NCBI RefSeq assembly: GCF_006345805.1
Contig: NC_043001.1
Location: 5,332,001-5,396,000 of the forward strand
From: Octopus sinensis
Taxonomy: Eukaryota
DNA length: 64,000 bases
Reading direction: 5' to 3'
Under the pieces are notes generated by a model. The model did not search any database and was not told the origin of the DNA. It saw only the letters and a program-made list of their open reading frames with translations. Numbering within the stretch: the first letter of the stretch is position 1; each line of letters begins with the position of its first letter. Made by a program: the position numbers and the translations under genes. Of the stretch, positions 14,068-26,789 are shown piece after piece.

Positions 14068-14621
14068 TACATACATATGTGCGTGTGTGTGTGTGTGGTG
14101 CGCGCGTGTGTCTGTGTATATATACACGCTCACATAGATATATATACATTAATGTCTTTTTCACTGGAACTAAATCAAGGATAATTAAAATCTGTTGTTA
14201 AACAATTAGGTTCTTGCATTTCAATGACGAATACATTGGAACTTCATTATTGGATCATAAAACTTGATGCCAATATAATTTAATTTGATATGAATATACG
14301 GAGTAGAATGAAAAGTAATCGAAGAAACATTACATACAGAAGGCAATAACCGTTAATTACAAATTTTCTCTCATGTTAATATATTGACAGGAGATTTTCA
14401 TATTTATTAAGCTCTTCTTATTAGGTTTTTGTTTATTTTCTTACTTTCTATGCTAACCCCACCGTTCATCTTTCTTATTTTGAAAACCTACATTTGTATT
14501 ACTTTTCATGCAAACACACGTATATTCATAGATATAAGTACAAAGAGGCTTGAGTATACATTTATTTGTTTGTGTCAATGTTACTATTTATCTCTCCTCT
14601 GTTTTCGCTTACGCTCTCTTT

Positions 14622-14675
<54 letters not shown>

Positions 14676-14865
14676 ATATATATATATATATACATGATTT
14701 TTTCTCCGTGCTTTTGTATATTACTAATATTCAGAAATGAGTACGCTGAAAGATGTCTAAGTATGTAGAATATACAAAAATAAGCCTAATGAAGCGAAAC
14801 ATCCCACGAGGCTCTTTATGATTAAATATTCATATAACCGCGTACGCATACAGATACATCTGTAT

Positions 14866-14898
14866 ATGTACATATATATATATATCTATATATATATA

Positions 14899-14980
<82 letters not shown>

Positions 14981-15003
14981 ATGTATATATATATGTATAA
15001 ATG

Positions 15004-15068
<65 letters not shown>

Positions 15069-15360
15069 ATATATGTATATATGTATATATATATGTATGT
15101 ATATATATATGGTGTATATATATATTATATGGATGTTATATATATGTATTAATGCATATATGGATGTATATATATATATATGTAGTATGTATATTATGTA
15201 TGTATATATATATTTATATGTATGTATGTATATATTTATATGTATGTATAGATATATATATATATATGTATATATATATTATACATATATAAATATACAT
15301 ATATATATATATATATAACAATATATACATATATATATATATACATATATATATAGATAT
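14866..15360. repeat. Long degenerate (TA)n/(TATG)n microsatellite
   Basis: About 500 bp of near-pure TA with TG interruptions. Confidence 0.95.
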
Positions 15361-15732
15361 AAAAATTATATTATAGAGAGAGAGAGAGGACACACCCACA
15401 TATACTTGGCATCTTTCATATTTGGAAATGCGTGTGCTAATATGTATTGAAGTGGAATAAATATGTTTTTCTTATGCAAAAATTAATTAAGCCTAAAGTG
15501 AAGCAACTCAATTAATTTCATGGATTCATTATCAAATACTCTATTGTATTCTTGACTTTTGTTTTTCTTCAAACAATACAGTGAATACAATATCACAATA
15601 CAAAGCAGCAAATAATATACACATTATTCTTCATTGCAGGGTAATTATATCCTCAGAAATTCAACAGCTGGATTTATGATTTACTTTGTTAAACATAGAT
15701 ACACACTACAACTTGCTACATTATCCCTCGAT

Positions 15733-15875
15733 CACTGTGCAGGGACCTCCATACAGTGAAAGAAGGTCTTACTGTAAGTGGTCCCTGCTCATTTCCGAGA
15801 GAACATAAGGTTTGGTGCATTCAGCATATAGTGATAACAATGGTATTCTAGCTGCTACTAATAAGCTTAAACCAA
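15733..15875 (-). ncRNA. Candidate structured ncRNA (H/ACA-snoRNA-like or miRNA-like hairpin)
   Basis: Hairpin 15739-15788 (GCAGGGACC/GGTCCCTGC and TACAGT/ACTGTA). On the minus strand it is immediately preceded by AAATGA (ANANNA) and followed by ACA; a weaker upstream hairpin is closed by GGTTT/AAACC. Confidence 0.25.
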
Positions 15876-16084
15876 TGTTACTGGGATAATTGATAATGTT
15901 AATGTAGTTGCCACAAACACAGTTGACACAAGGTAGGCGAAGATAAATAGATCTAAAAAGAAATGGCTAGTTGTGCCGTCTTGATTGACTGGAAATGGAA
16001 GATCATAGACGCTATAGCAAAACAGGTAATAAAACTGCATGTACAACTTCATCTCTCCCCCACTCTATGTGTCATTGTGTATAT

Positions 16085-16161
<77 letters not shown>

Positions 16162-16201
16162 TGTGTGTGTGTGCGTTTGTGTGTATGTATGCATGTATAT
16201 G

Positions 16202-16241
<40 letters not shown>

Positions 16242-16244
<3 letters not shown>

Positions 16245-19200
16245 TTGATACTTTGATAGGTTTCGGCCATTATGGCCCAGGCCATGTCTAACTTAATAGC
16301 ACCACCTGAAGTCTTCAAGTCAGAATTTGGGCACTATGGCCCACTCAAGTAGAGAGTTATTGTTTACAGAGACATATCCGGGTGTAGGGGGTTTATCCGG
16401 GATTTCTTGAAGGAATCTGTCCAAAGACTTCTGACCCTATAGGGTCAGTTTCTGTTTTAATGTGTTTTGGTGTAATGTTAAAGAGAGCGGGGCCAATTGA
16501 GGTGAAATAATTGTGCCGTATTGTTTGTTATGAGATGAGAGTGCGATTTTTGTTTTGGGCGGATGGCACGGGGCCCAAGCCTTGGATGTACCTTAAAGGT
16601 GATGCCAACATCATTTGTGGGCAATGCTGATGGAATATTTTCCACATCATGCAGTGATGTAGCGCTCACGACGACGTTGGAGAGAATAGAGTTTTAGCTT
16701 TTCTAGTCGACCCCAATAGTCGAGCCTGTCATGCCATCTATCTTTTTTGTGATTGCCCTTTGAGCTTCGACTTTTATGATACCTTGTATGTGTGGGGAGA
16801 CCACAGTGGACAACAGTATTCAAGGTGGGGTCGGGCAAAAGTGGAGAAGAGAAGGATAATGGTGTGGATATCTCTCGACTGGAAAGTTCTGAGAATCCAG
16901 GAACAATTCTGCGGGCCATGTCACTTTGGGTTTATATGAGTGGCCCAGCTTACGTGTTGTCCACAATTACTCCCAAGTCTCTGATGTTGTTGGACGCCGC
17001 GAGAGTTTCACCTGAAGGAAGGGAGTATGGGATTTCAGGGCATCCTTTTTCCAAAGTGGATTAGCTCAAATTTATCCTCGTTCAGGCAGCATATTGTTTT
17101 TTTCTGCCCATTGGATAACAGCCAGTAGATCTGACTGAAGGCATGTCCGGTCACTCGCCTCATTTATGACCTTCTGTAGCTTGGAGTCATCTGCAAAGAT
17201 TTTTATGTTGCTGTGCTTGATGATGTCATTAATGTCATTAATGTAAATGATGAAAAGAAGTGGGGCCCAGCACAGTGCCTTGCGGAACGCCACTACTGAC
17301 TTTGGCTGGGCTTGATTTTACCCTTCAACTACAACATGTTGAGATCTGTCTGTCAGGAAACACTTAATCCATTTCAGTAACTTTCCAGAGACACAATGTT
17401 GGATAGTTTTTTCAATAGGATCTTGTGATCGACCCTGTCGAAGGCCTTACTGAAATCAAGGTAGATGACATCGGTGTTGGAGCCCTCTCCCAAAGCTCTC
17501 AAAATGTCCTCAAAGTGATGCAGGAGCTGCGTTAGGCAGTCCCTTCCATTACGGAACCCATGTTGGTTGGAGATCAGCCGTCTGTTGCTTTCCAGAAATT
17601 GGGTTATTCGAGATCTCACCACCCTCTCAAATACCTTGATGATATGAGAGGTGAGTGAGATCAGACGGTAATTCACTGCAAGGGACTTGTTTCCCTTTTT
17701 GAAAACGGGACAACAGACTGGGACAGAAGGTTTTTTGGAATATAGCCAGCATCCAGTGAGTTTTCTCCACAGATTAGCAAGGGAGATGCAAGTTGTGTCG
17801 ACACACCTTCAGGACACAAGCAGGGAACCTATCGGGGCCTACTGCTGAATTGTGTTTTATTTCGTTTATCGCCGCTAAGACATCAGGGGCACTAAACGTT
17901 ATGTCCGATATAGTGTGTTGGGGGTTGACATCACTGATACAGCCCAGATCGGCCATATCAGGATTGCTGAAAACAGAGCAGTATTGTTTCTGCAGTATCT
18001 CGGCCATGGATTTGGCATTATCTTGGAGAGTGCCAGTTTCGTCAATTAGAGGGCCTACAGTGGAGACAGTGACCCTGCGTTTCCTCGCAAATGAAAAGAA
18101 CACTTTGGGTTTGAGTTTGATTTTTTCAATGGCCCACTTCTCCTCAGCTGATCTTTGGTTATTGATGAGGGACTTCATGCATTGTTGGAGGTTATATTTT
18201 TTGGATTCAAGCAGTGCGATAGCCGTCGAATGTGTGTGTTGCCGTTGGCAGTACTTTAGTTTGTTAATTTTTTTGTTTGTTCTTTTTTATTTTTCTGATA
18301 ATGGTTTTTCTGTTTTGGGGGATTCTGCACTTTTTGTTCACAGGTCTTGGTGGGGAGTGTTTTGCACAATAGTCTGTGACGGTGTCTACAAAGATCTGCC
18401 AAGATGTTTTATGGTTGGTGGAGATGTGTGTATGTGTAAAGGACCAGTCAACATTTGATAGCTCGTTCCTGATTGCATCCCAGTTGGCTTTATGGAGATC
18501 CATGTTGTCAAATGGGTGGGCTGGAGGAAGGTCACTAGGATTAGCTTTCGGCTGGTGGAATTTCATGTTACAGAGAAACCATGTCATGGTCTGAAAGAAG
18601 GGTTTTTTCCACTGTAACGTTATGTATAGTGTTAGTGTGGTTACTAAACACTAGGTCCAAAATGTTCTGATGTCTTGTTGGTGCAAGGACAAGTTGGACA
18701 AGAAAAACTCATTCGTAAGTCGACAAGTGACTCTGCTGCTTCTTTGTCAGCGGTTGAGGCGGGAGTGCTTGGTTTCAAACAGTTTGTAGTCCAGTCAACA
18801 CAGGGTAGATTGAAGTCTCCCATCATGAGTATGTTGCTAGAATGGCACTGTTGAATAAGCACTTAATGCTGTTGAGGCATTCTTTAAAGCACAGTATGGG
18901 TGTTTGGGGCGGCCTATAGAGTCCATTACTGTCAGATCATTGGCTTTGTTGTGCACGGTGACTGATTTCACAGTAGCCGTTGGAGAATATACTATTTCCA
19001 TCTGCCGTAAATGAATCATGCAGGAAAATGGCAGTTTCCACCCCTTCCTCCTGCCGATACGATCCGCGCGGATGGTTGTGAAATTCTTCACTCTCACTTC
19101 GGCTTCCAAGTGGGAGTTTGTCAAGGTGGGTCTCAGTGAGAATGAAGAAAGGGATGTGTGTGAATGGTTACCAACCCAGTCTTCAATGAATTGGACCTTC

Positions 19201-20500
19201 CATTTTTTTGCATTGATGGAAGGGCTGACACCTTGTGCATTGAGTAGGAATGTGGAGGTTAGTGTAGTGGCTGGTTTTGACTGTTTCAGGGGGCTTGGAT
19301 TTTTTGTGTGTGTTAGTGGCAGCAATGTGGGGAATTGGTCACTGGGTAATAGCATAGGATGGTGTTGAGTGATGGCTAGAATGTTTTTTGTGTATCTCTT
19401 TTGCCATGTTCAACATGGCTAAAAAAGAATTTTCCTGCTTAGGAGCAGTTTTTGGCTGGAGGTGTGGTTGCACTGTTGGATAGGGTTTGTAGTTTCCACT
19501 TTTTTGTTGTTGTTTTTTGTGTCTTCCTGAAAAGACTGGACCAGCATTACTGCAGCATGGTGTGTTTCTATTTTTATTGTTATTCAGGTTTGTGTGTTGG
19601 CTTGAGGCCCCGTTTCTGTTTGTGCGTCGGGTCCCTGGAAGATGAGTGAAGGGACAGTCACTCAGTAGACATGTTTCTCTCACGTTGGGAATACCGGCAG
19701 ATTTTGGGACTCCGAGTTGTGTGTGTTTGAATTTCGATTTACTATTTGGTGGTGTTGATGTTATTGTGGGATGCGTGCTTTGGCCTTGGCCAGTAGTGCG
19801 TCTAGTGCCGGGTAGATGCCGTGAAGATGCAGTCACTATTTGTGCAGAGTCTCTGGCGCAGTGAATAGCGCATATTTGGGGATTTCTTGTTTGTGCCGTG
19901 GGGGGCGCATTCTGCTTCCTATGTTTCTTTAAGTTTTTGTTACTGCAGTAGTATTGAGGTGGTGATGTGGGGAAGAGGGCAGTGGTTTCTTATTTGGTTT
20001 TCTGTTGGTATTTTTGGTGATAGAAGACGATGGTGGCAGCGGTGGTGATGATGATGATGATAATTGTGTGGTTGCTGTGAGAGCGTGAAAAGATACTGGC
20101 ATTTAGTGAATCGTCTAGTAAGCTAGAGTTGAGGAGTGGCTGTTGTTGTTCTTGTTGCTGTGGCTGTTGTTGTTGTTGTTGTGCCTGACCGATGTCAGGG
20201 TCAGCCATTGTGTTGGGAACCAGGTGGCTCATTCTGTTGTTGTTGTTGTGTGGCTGCTGATTTCTAGCTGTTGTTGTTCTTGAACTGTGAAAATATGTAG
20301 AAGCTTTTCATAATGGCCTCTTATCAGTTTGAAAGATACTTCGATATGTTTCAACTTGCTACGAATCTGTTTGACGGATGTGTTGTTGACCACTTGTGAT
20401 GTTTTTTCGGCAATCTCATTCAAACACAAGACATTTAGATTTCTGTTTGGGAAAGAGAGAGCCATGTTGTTATTAAAACATCAATTTCGTTATCAGACCA
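16242..20500 (-). mobile_element. Near-full-length CR1-like LINE (ORF1 + APE/RT ORF2), inactivated by frameshifts
   Basis: APE motifs (LMMGDFNLP); RT motifs NYRLISLTSHIIKVFERVV, QHGFRNGR, IYLDFSKAFDRVDH, PLLFIIYIND and FADD; C-terminal [11 protein letters not shown]; 3' tail GGTGGTGCTATTAAGTTAGACATGGCC...(ATCAAAGT)-like repeats; Q-rich and Cys/His ORF1 at 19.3-20.5 kb. Confidence 0.92.
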
Positions 20501-20854
20501 ATTTTCGTCTGTTGCAGGCTGCCAAGTTAGTCATGTTTGTTTTTCTTTTGTTTGTTTTTCCTTTTGATTTTTGAAAATATATATATTCTTTCTTGGAGTT
20601 AAGAAGTGTATATATTATAAATGTTCTCTCTTAAGGGTGTGAGTTTTTGATTATTTGGTTGTTTGAGGATATTAAAAGAAAACAGGTGTATATACAATTT
20701 GTAGTTAAATGAAAACGTACTACGGGTTTGTAGGCAAACACGTGGTTACAAATATATATATATTTAGGTCAGTTAGTTTGAAGCTGTGTTTGCTGCTACT
20801 GACTCAGGAGAGAAAACAAATAGACGTCCGTCCAGTTCAACAGTTAATCCATAT

Positions 20855-20881
20855 ATGTATATATATATATTATACATATGC

Positions 20882-20913
<32 letters not shown>

Positions 20914-20917
20914 TATG

Positions 20918-20950
<33 letters not shown>

Positions 20951-20968
20951 CTATATATATATATATAT

Positions 20969-21010
<42 letters not shown>

Positions 21011-21200
21011 TATATATATACATACATATATTTAACATATACATATGTATTTATATATATATGTATATATGTATATATATATATGTGTATATATATATAA
21101 TGTATATATTTATATATATATATATATATATATAATATGTATATATATGTAGGTATAATATATATAGATTATATATGTATTATATATATGCTTATATGCT
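20855..21200. repeat. Degenerate (TA)n microsatellite
   Basis: Read directly from the sequence. Confidence 0.95.
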
Positions 21201-21214
21201 ATATATTTATATGT

Positions 21215-21620
21215 AATTAATTGTTATCGACATATTATATGGCATTCTTATAGATATAAGAATAATCGCTGCCGCTGGTCAGCTCCATGAGGCCACCGCC
21301 TTAAGATACTATTGATACACGATCTGTATCCATTATAACCTTCGAACAAGGTAAATATAAGCCTTCGAACAGAGACGTCAGTGGCGACACCTGCGGGGTC
21401 TAACTGCGCTACATGGACAAGAGGCAATACCCCGAAACGCGTCTGTAGCTGTCGGACTGGCAGTGTGAAGCGGCTGACCTCCCTTGTTCGAAGGTTATAA
21501 TGGATACAGATCGTGTATCAATAGCTATCTTAAGGCGGTGGCATCATGGAGCTGACCAGCGGCAGCGATTATTCTTATATCTATAAGAATGCCATATTAA
21601 TATGGCGATAACAATTAATT
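21215..21620 (+). mobile_element. Fold-back element with ~138-bp inverted arms around a 130-bp core holding an HHR skeleton
   Basis: Left arm 21215-21351 and right arm 21482-21620 differ by 2 substitutions and 2 one-base indels. Confidence 0.85.
21408..21449 (+). ncRNA. Degenerate type I hammerhead ribozyme motif
   Basis: Stem I GCTACA/TGTAGC; GAAAC-GC-GTC with palindromic helix III ACGCGT; the CUGANGA box is decayed (TGGACAAGA). Confidence 0.5.
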
Positions 21621-21813
21621 TCCAGTAAACGCTGTCGTAATCTCTTTTATAGTGACTTAGTAATTTTAATATTTCTATTATATATATGTATATATGTATA
21701 TATATATGTGTGTATAGTTATATGTATATATGTATATATATATATATGTGTATATATATGTGTATATATGTATGTATATATGTATATATATGTGTATATA
21801 TATATATATGTAT

Positions 21814-22298
21814 AAAGCCTTGAAACTCTACTCTCTCCAGCGTCGCCGTGAGCGGTACATCATTTGTACGATGTGGAGAATATACCGCCAACTTTGCCCA
21901 AACGACCTGAACCATAGCTTCAAGATTCATCCAAGACTGGTACCACGGGCCATATGTCCCCTGCCCAATTCCAGATCACAGCATACATGTACACTACAAC
22001 ATAATTTCTTTTCCTCAACAGGCCCTGCCCTATTTAACATTGTCCCGAAAGTGTTCAAAGAGGAAAATTATCCCATCAACTTTAAACGGAGTCTGGATAG
22101 ATTCCTTCAAGGAATACCAGATAAGCCACCCATAATTGGATACAACTCCCCCAACAAAAACTCACTACATAAATGGACCATAAACAAAATTTGACTTAAA
22201 CAGGATTCAAGTAATCCTATCAGGTGGTGCTATTAAGTTGGACATGGCCTGGACCAATCTTTGGTCGAAACATATCTAAGTTTATCTAAGTCTAAGTT
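21814..22298 (+). mobile_element. 5'-truncated CR1-like LINE 3' fragment
   Basis: [13 protein letters not shown]...FKRSLDRFLQGIPDKP; 3' UTR GGTGGTGCTATTAAGTTGGACATGGCC is nearly identical to that of the 16.2-kb element; (TCTAAGT)-type tail. Confidence 0.9.
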
Positions 22299-22299
22299 T

Positions 22300-22354
22300 A
22301 TATATATATATATATGCTTTATGTATATATGTATGTATATATATATCTATATGC

Positions 22355-22396
<42 letters not shown>

Positions 22397-22685
22397 TATA
22401 TATATGTATATGTATATATGTATACGTATACGTATATGCATATGTATATGCATATATACATGTATATGTATATATGTGTCTACATATATATATATATATA
22501 TGTGTGTGTATCTATATATGTACATATGTATATATATGTATATATGTACATTATACATATATATATATATACATATATACATGTATATATGTATGTGTAT
22601 ATATGTATATATGTATATATTTATATGTCTATATGTATATATGTATATATGTATATGTATATATGTATATATATATATGTATATA
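22300..22685. repeat. Degenerate (TA)/(TATG) microsatellite
   Basis: Read directly from the sequence. Confidence 0.95.
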
Positions 22686-25600
22686 TGTTATGTTCTGACT
22701 TCAAATTCTGCCTCGGTCGTCTCTACATTTCATCGTTTTGGGGTCGATAATAGAAATACCATTTGAACTCTTGCTTCGATGAATTTGTCTGAAGCGCTCC
22801 CCCAAACTTGCTGGCTTTGTATCAATATTTGCAGTAGTGTTTCTGTTTTGTTTCCACCTCGTAGGATCTCTATAATTTTTGTATAAAAATAGTGGCAGTT
22901 GTCTCTCCAGGTTATGTTTCTTATTAGAGTGTGTGCATGTATGTTTGTAAACGAGAAAGAAAACTCAGAATTTTAGAATCATTTCAAAACAAATGCTGGA
23001 AACGTCCCAGGAAGTAATATATCCAATAATATGAAGAATAAAATCGATTTCACTTAATATACTAAAATATATTACTGCAAGGCAAAAACAAAATGGTTTG
23101 ATAAAATGGATAATATCGTATTTGTACAACATAATAAAATATGAACTCATTCTCTCTTACTTAGTAGGGACGCGTTTACCTCTATATATTTCTGAAGTGA
23201 AGCATTTATCGATAGGTATTTCTGAAGCGTATATCTGTTATATTGCTATAACTGATATCGTTTCTATTCATTACGATGGAAATCTGATAGACGTCTCTGC
23301 TTCTGTGTATATGAATATAATATTTTGTAACTTTGACACCATTGTCAACTGAAGTCCAAACGTTAACACACCTCTGTGTTTTTGAACGAGACATCACAGA
23401 TAGAAATATATTTAACCTGTAACTGTAAACTTCGCGAAAACTGCATTGGAAATAATTGAAAAGACGAAACATACGTCTGATGATTTATTAAATACACACA
23501 CATCTGTTTAATGTTATTACAATAAAGCTTTCATCTTGAAGCCTAATGTATATTAATATTGCAAAATCAAATAACATTGCTTCTACCTCTAAAACAGGCG
23601 TCTATGTCGCCAGATAGAATGTATACGAATCAAAGAGATTTCGACCTCCATCTAAATCAGGCTTTTAATTGTTCCGACTATGTAAAATAAAAGCGAATAT
23701 TTGGAGATGAACATTCAAACGATTGCAGCAACGCGGCTTCCCATATGAACAGCAGAAATACGATGATTCTGAAAAGGACACTAGAATAATTCCAGCAAAG
23801 ATATAAAGAAAATAAATGAAATATTGGATTTCGTAGTAAGTGACCGAAGTTGGAAGCCATTTCACAGTATGTTCTAATTTCCAAAGAAACATTAAAACAT
23901 CTTTGTTGTTTCAGCTTAATAAAATAAGTGCACTTTGACAGGATTTTTTCTCTCCCTCTCTCTCTCTCTCTTCCCCCTCTCTGTCCCGCTTTACTCTCTT
24001 CCCGATCCTTCTCTTAATATACATACATAGGTATTTATATGTGTGTGTACCCGCGATCGTATGTATGTGTATCAATGTTTGTGTGTGTATTATTTTGTGC
24101 TTGTCATTCTATGATTGTGATAAAACGTCAGAATGCGTGAGATATGAGAAGGCACAAACATTCATCTCAAGCATTTGATGTGGAGGAGGAATAAGAAATC
24201 TCCACCATTTCACTGTCCATCAACTTTACCACGTAGAGAGTTCGGTCTTTATTTTCTTCAGAAATCAATATCATAAATCATAAATATGTATTGTAAATCT
24301 TTCATAAATATGAAATTCTTAGTGGATTGCTTTGTTTGCAAATCTGAGTTTGTTGGTTCATCGTAAAGTTAATTATATTCCTTTCATGCACTCAAATTGT
24401 GAATAGGTAGGACGTCAATTAATTGGAACGTCTTTATATCCTTTTGAGAGAATGTGTGTACATTATTCTGCTTTGTTTTTATTACCGGAAGAAAGAAGGT
24501 AGATCTTACTCCTTTACTTTCTTCGTTCGTCCACAATTCCAAAGTAATATATCTAATGTGTCCTCCCCTCAATCTTCGCGATATTTTATGTAATTTTGAT
24601 TAATATATCTGTTAAAAATGAGATGTCAATATTATTTGCATTGTTGTGTAATTCAGATGACAGCTTATATGTATCTATGTGGTGGGGAGGTGTAGTAGTA
24701 GATATGACATGTATTCAAAATATGTTCCTGATCAGTGTACGCCATTTCGGTTAGAGTGTCGGATATTGTTGTACATCGCTGGTAACAATGCACTTCGCAT
24801 TTTTTAAGCTTTCGAATGACACCACCACACACGCTAGCCGAGCATACATACATTTCTTCTGATCGGAAGGCAGTTCCAAAAAAAGGTTAACCCATTTAAA
24901 TTTGATTTGACTGAAACAACAGGAAATGAAGTGCTTTGGTGAAGAACACAAGGCGCTGCCCTTTCCGAGCATCGAACCCTTAATCTAAAGATCGTAAGTG
25001 CGATACCCTAACTATAAGCTAACACGGTATCAAATATGCAGTATATAATGATATGTAAATTTAGCGATAGACAATGGCTTCTAGTCTCTAAATTGTGTCT
25101 TTGTTCTACTGTTCCGACTCCACATTAATAAATCACTCTCTCGCGCACCATTCGTTATTGTCAATTAATTGAACCAAATAACTCGAGGTATTATGAATCG
25201 GGTCAGATTACTCATGACAGAACAAGCTGCTGCCCTTAATTCATACCAGGGATTCTGGCCATAGAACAAAATCGAGGGAGCTGAATACTTTCTGCTGCGT
25301 TAGTCAATATAAAAGAAGATTCCTACAGTCTGAAACTGCATTTGTGTCTCTTTTTTTTTTTTTTTTTGGCCTCCGTCACTTTATTACCACCACAAAAATA
25401 TGTTGGATATTTGTAAAACCATCTGAATACGTATTTAATTAAACATATTTTCTTAAATTCTTTATTGAGAGTGAAAATGAATAAATAACCATCTGGTAGA
25501 AACGGTGTCTCACACCAATAATAACATACAATTCAAGAATATATATAAACAATAGCAATCGATTCGGGACATGTAAATTTTTCTCGAGAAGGCATGAATC

Positions 25601-26459
25601 AATTAGGAAACGTGTTAATTTCCAAAATATTTTAAGTGGCACAGTTTGAGTTCCACGCCTCAGGTCCTTTACAGGGTTTCCAATTATGGTTGAAACTATA
25701 AACAAAATTAAAATCAGGTCACATAATTATAGCAAAAACGTGATCTTCGTTGAAATGGTAAATACGACAAACCCTAAAGAATAGAATCGAATATTTTCTC
25801 CTGTTCTTACACGAGTTATCACTATTTAAGGTCATTCTTAATGATTTTGTAAATGAATGGAGATTATAATATAACTGTATTGAACAATGTATAAGCGGTT
25901 CGAACCCCGTATATTTCGGTTGCGAATTTCTGAACTCAAATACGATATTTGCGACTATAGTTGGATTTTATACGGCCAAAAAGACAAACATTTGTCTGTA
26001 TATCACATTTTCACAATTTCAAGGACTACCAGGAGAGAATGATGAGAAGAAGTCCATGTGCAAGCCTACTCCATTTACTTGCAAGTGGACGCTTATGTGT
26101 AAATCATTGATTTGGCAACCACATCCTCCAGGTAGTTCGGATAATAACCCACCATATGCATTACACAATACCAGTTTATTAGCACGGCTGGATATGACAG
26201 TAAGAACTGCAAGAGGAAATTGTCGGAGAGCTATGAAATTTACAAAATAAATCTTATATGCGGAGGTGGGTATTTGGGTGATTTCAGGGCATAAATACAA
26301 CTCGAAAGTCAACGTGAGTTTGTAGAACCATCAGCAAAAGTTTCAACATCAAATTTCCAAAAGATCTCTAACCTTTTGGGTATTCCTAATGAAGTAATAT
26401 AACCAGACATAGGTCTCTGCCTCACTATATATAAAATGCATTTATATTATTCAGATATA

Positions 26460-26530
26460 TCTATATATATAAAACTCAACTGTGTGTGTCTGTGTGTGTA
26501 TCTGTGTGTGTGTCTGTGTGTTTAACTTCC
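26460..26530 (+). mobile_element. Possible non-autonomous Helitron 5' end
   Basis: A|TCTATATATATAAAACTCAAC followed by a (TG/TC) microsatellite, the usual layout of Helitron-N 5' termini; no matching 3' CTAG end found. Confidence 0.3.
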
Positions 26531-26789
26531 CGGAATATCTTCTTCTAGTCAACAAACCATAGGACCACCAAAAATGGGTCACTTAAAGTATAGGCGAATG
26601 AAAATTGAACTGCGCTATTTCTGTTCCGAAATTCATCGCGCAAGTGCAAAAATCGATAATGTGTTTCTTTAGGCCTTATCCCATGCATGGAATAGCGAAC
26701 TTTACTCAGTCAGCTGTTTGACGTGAACAGTGTTCACCACGCGTGCAGGCATGCGTCAATATATATATATGCACTGCGTGTCAAATATA

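Noticed and set aside
22965-23892. Several hydrophobic 60-90 aa ORFs that might be membrane-protein exons
   Set aside because: No recognisable domain, overlapping frames are equally open, and splice signals are weak; AT-rich DNA gives such peptides by chance.
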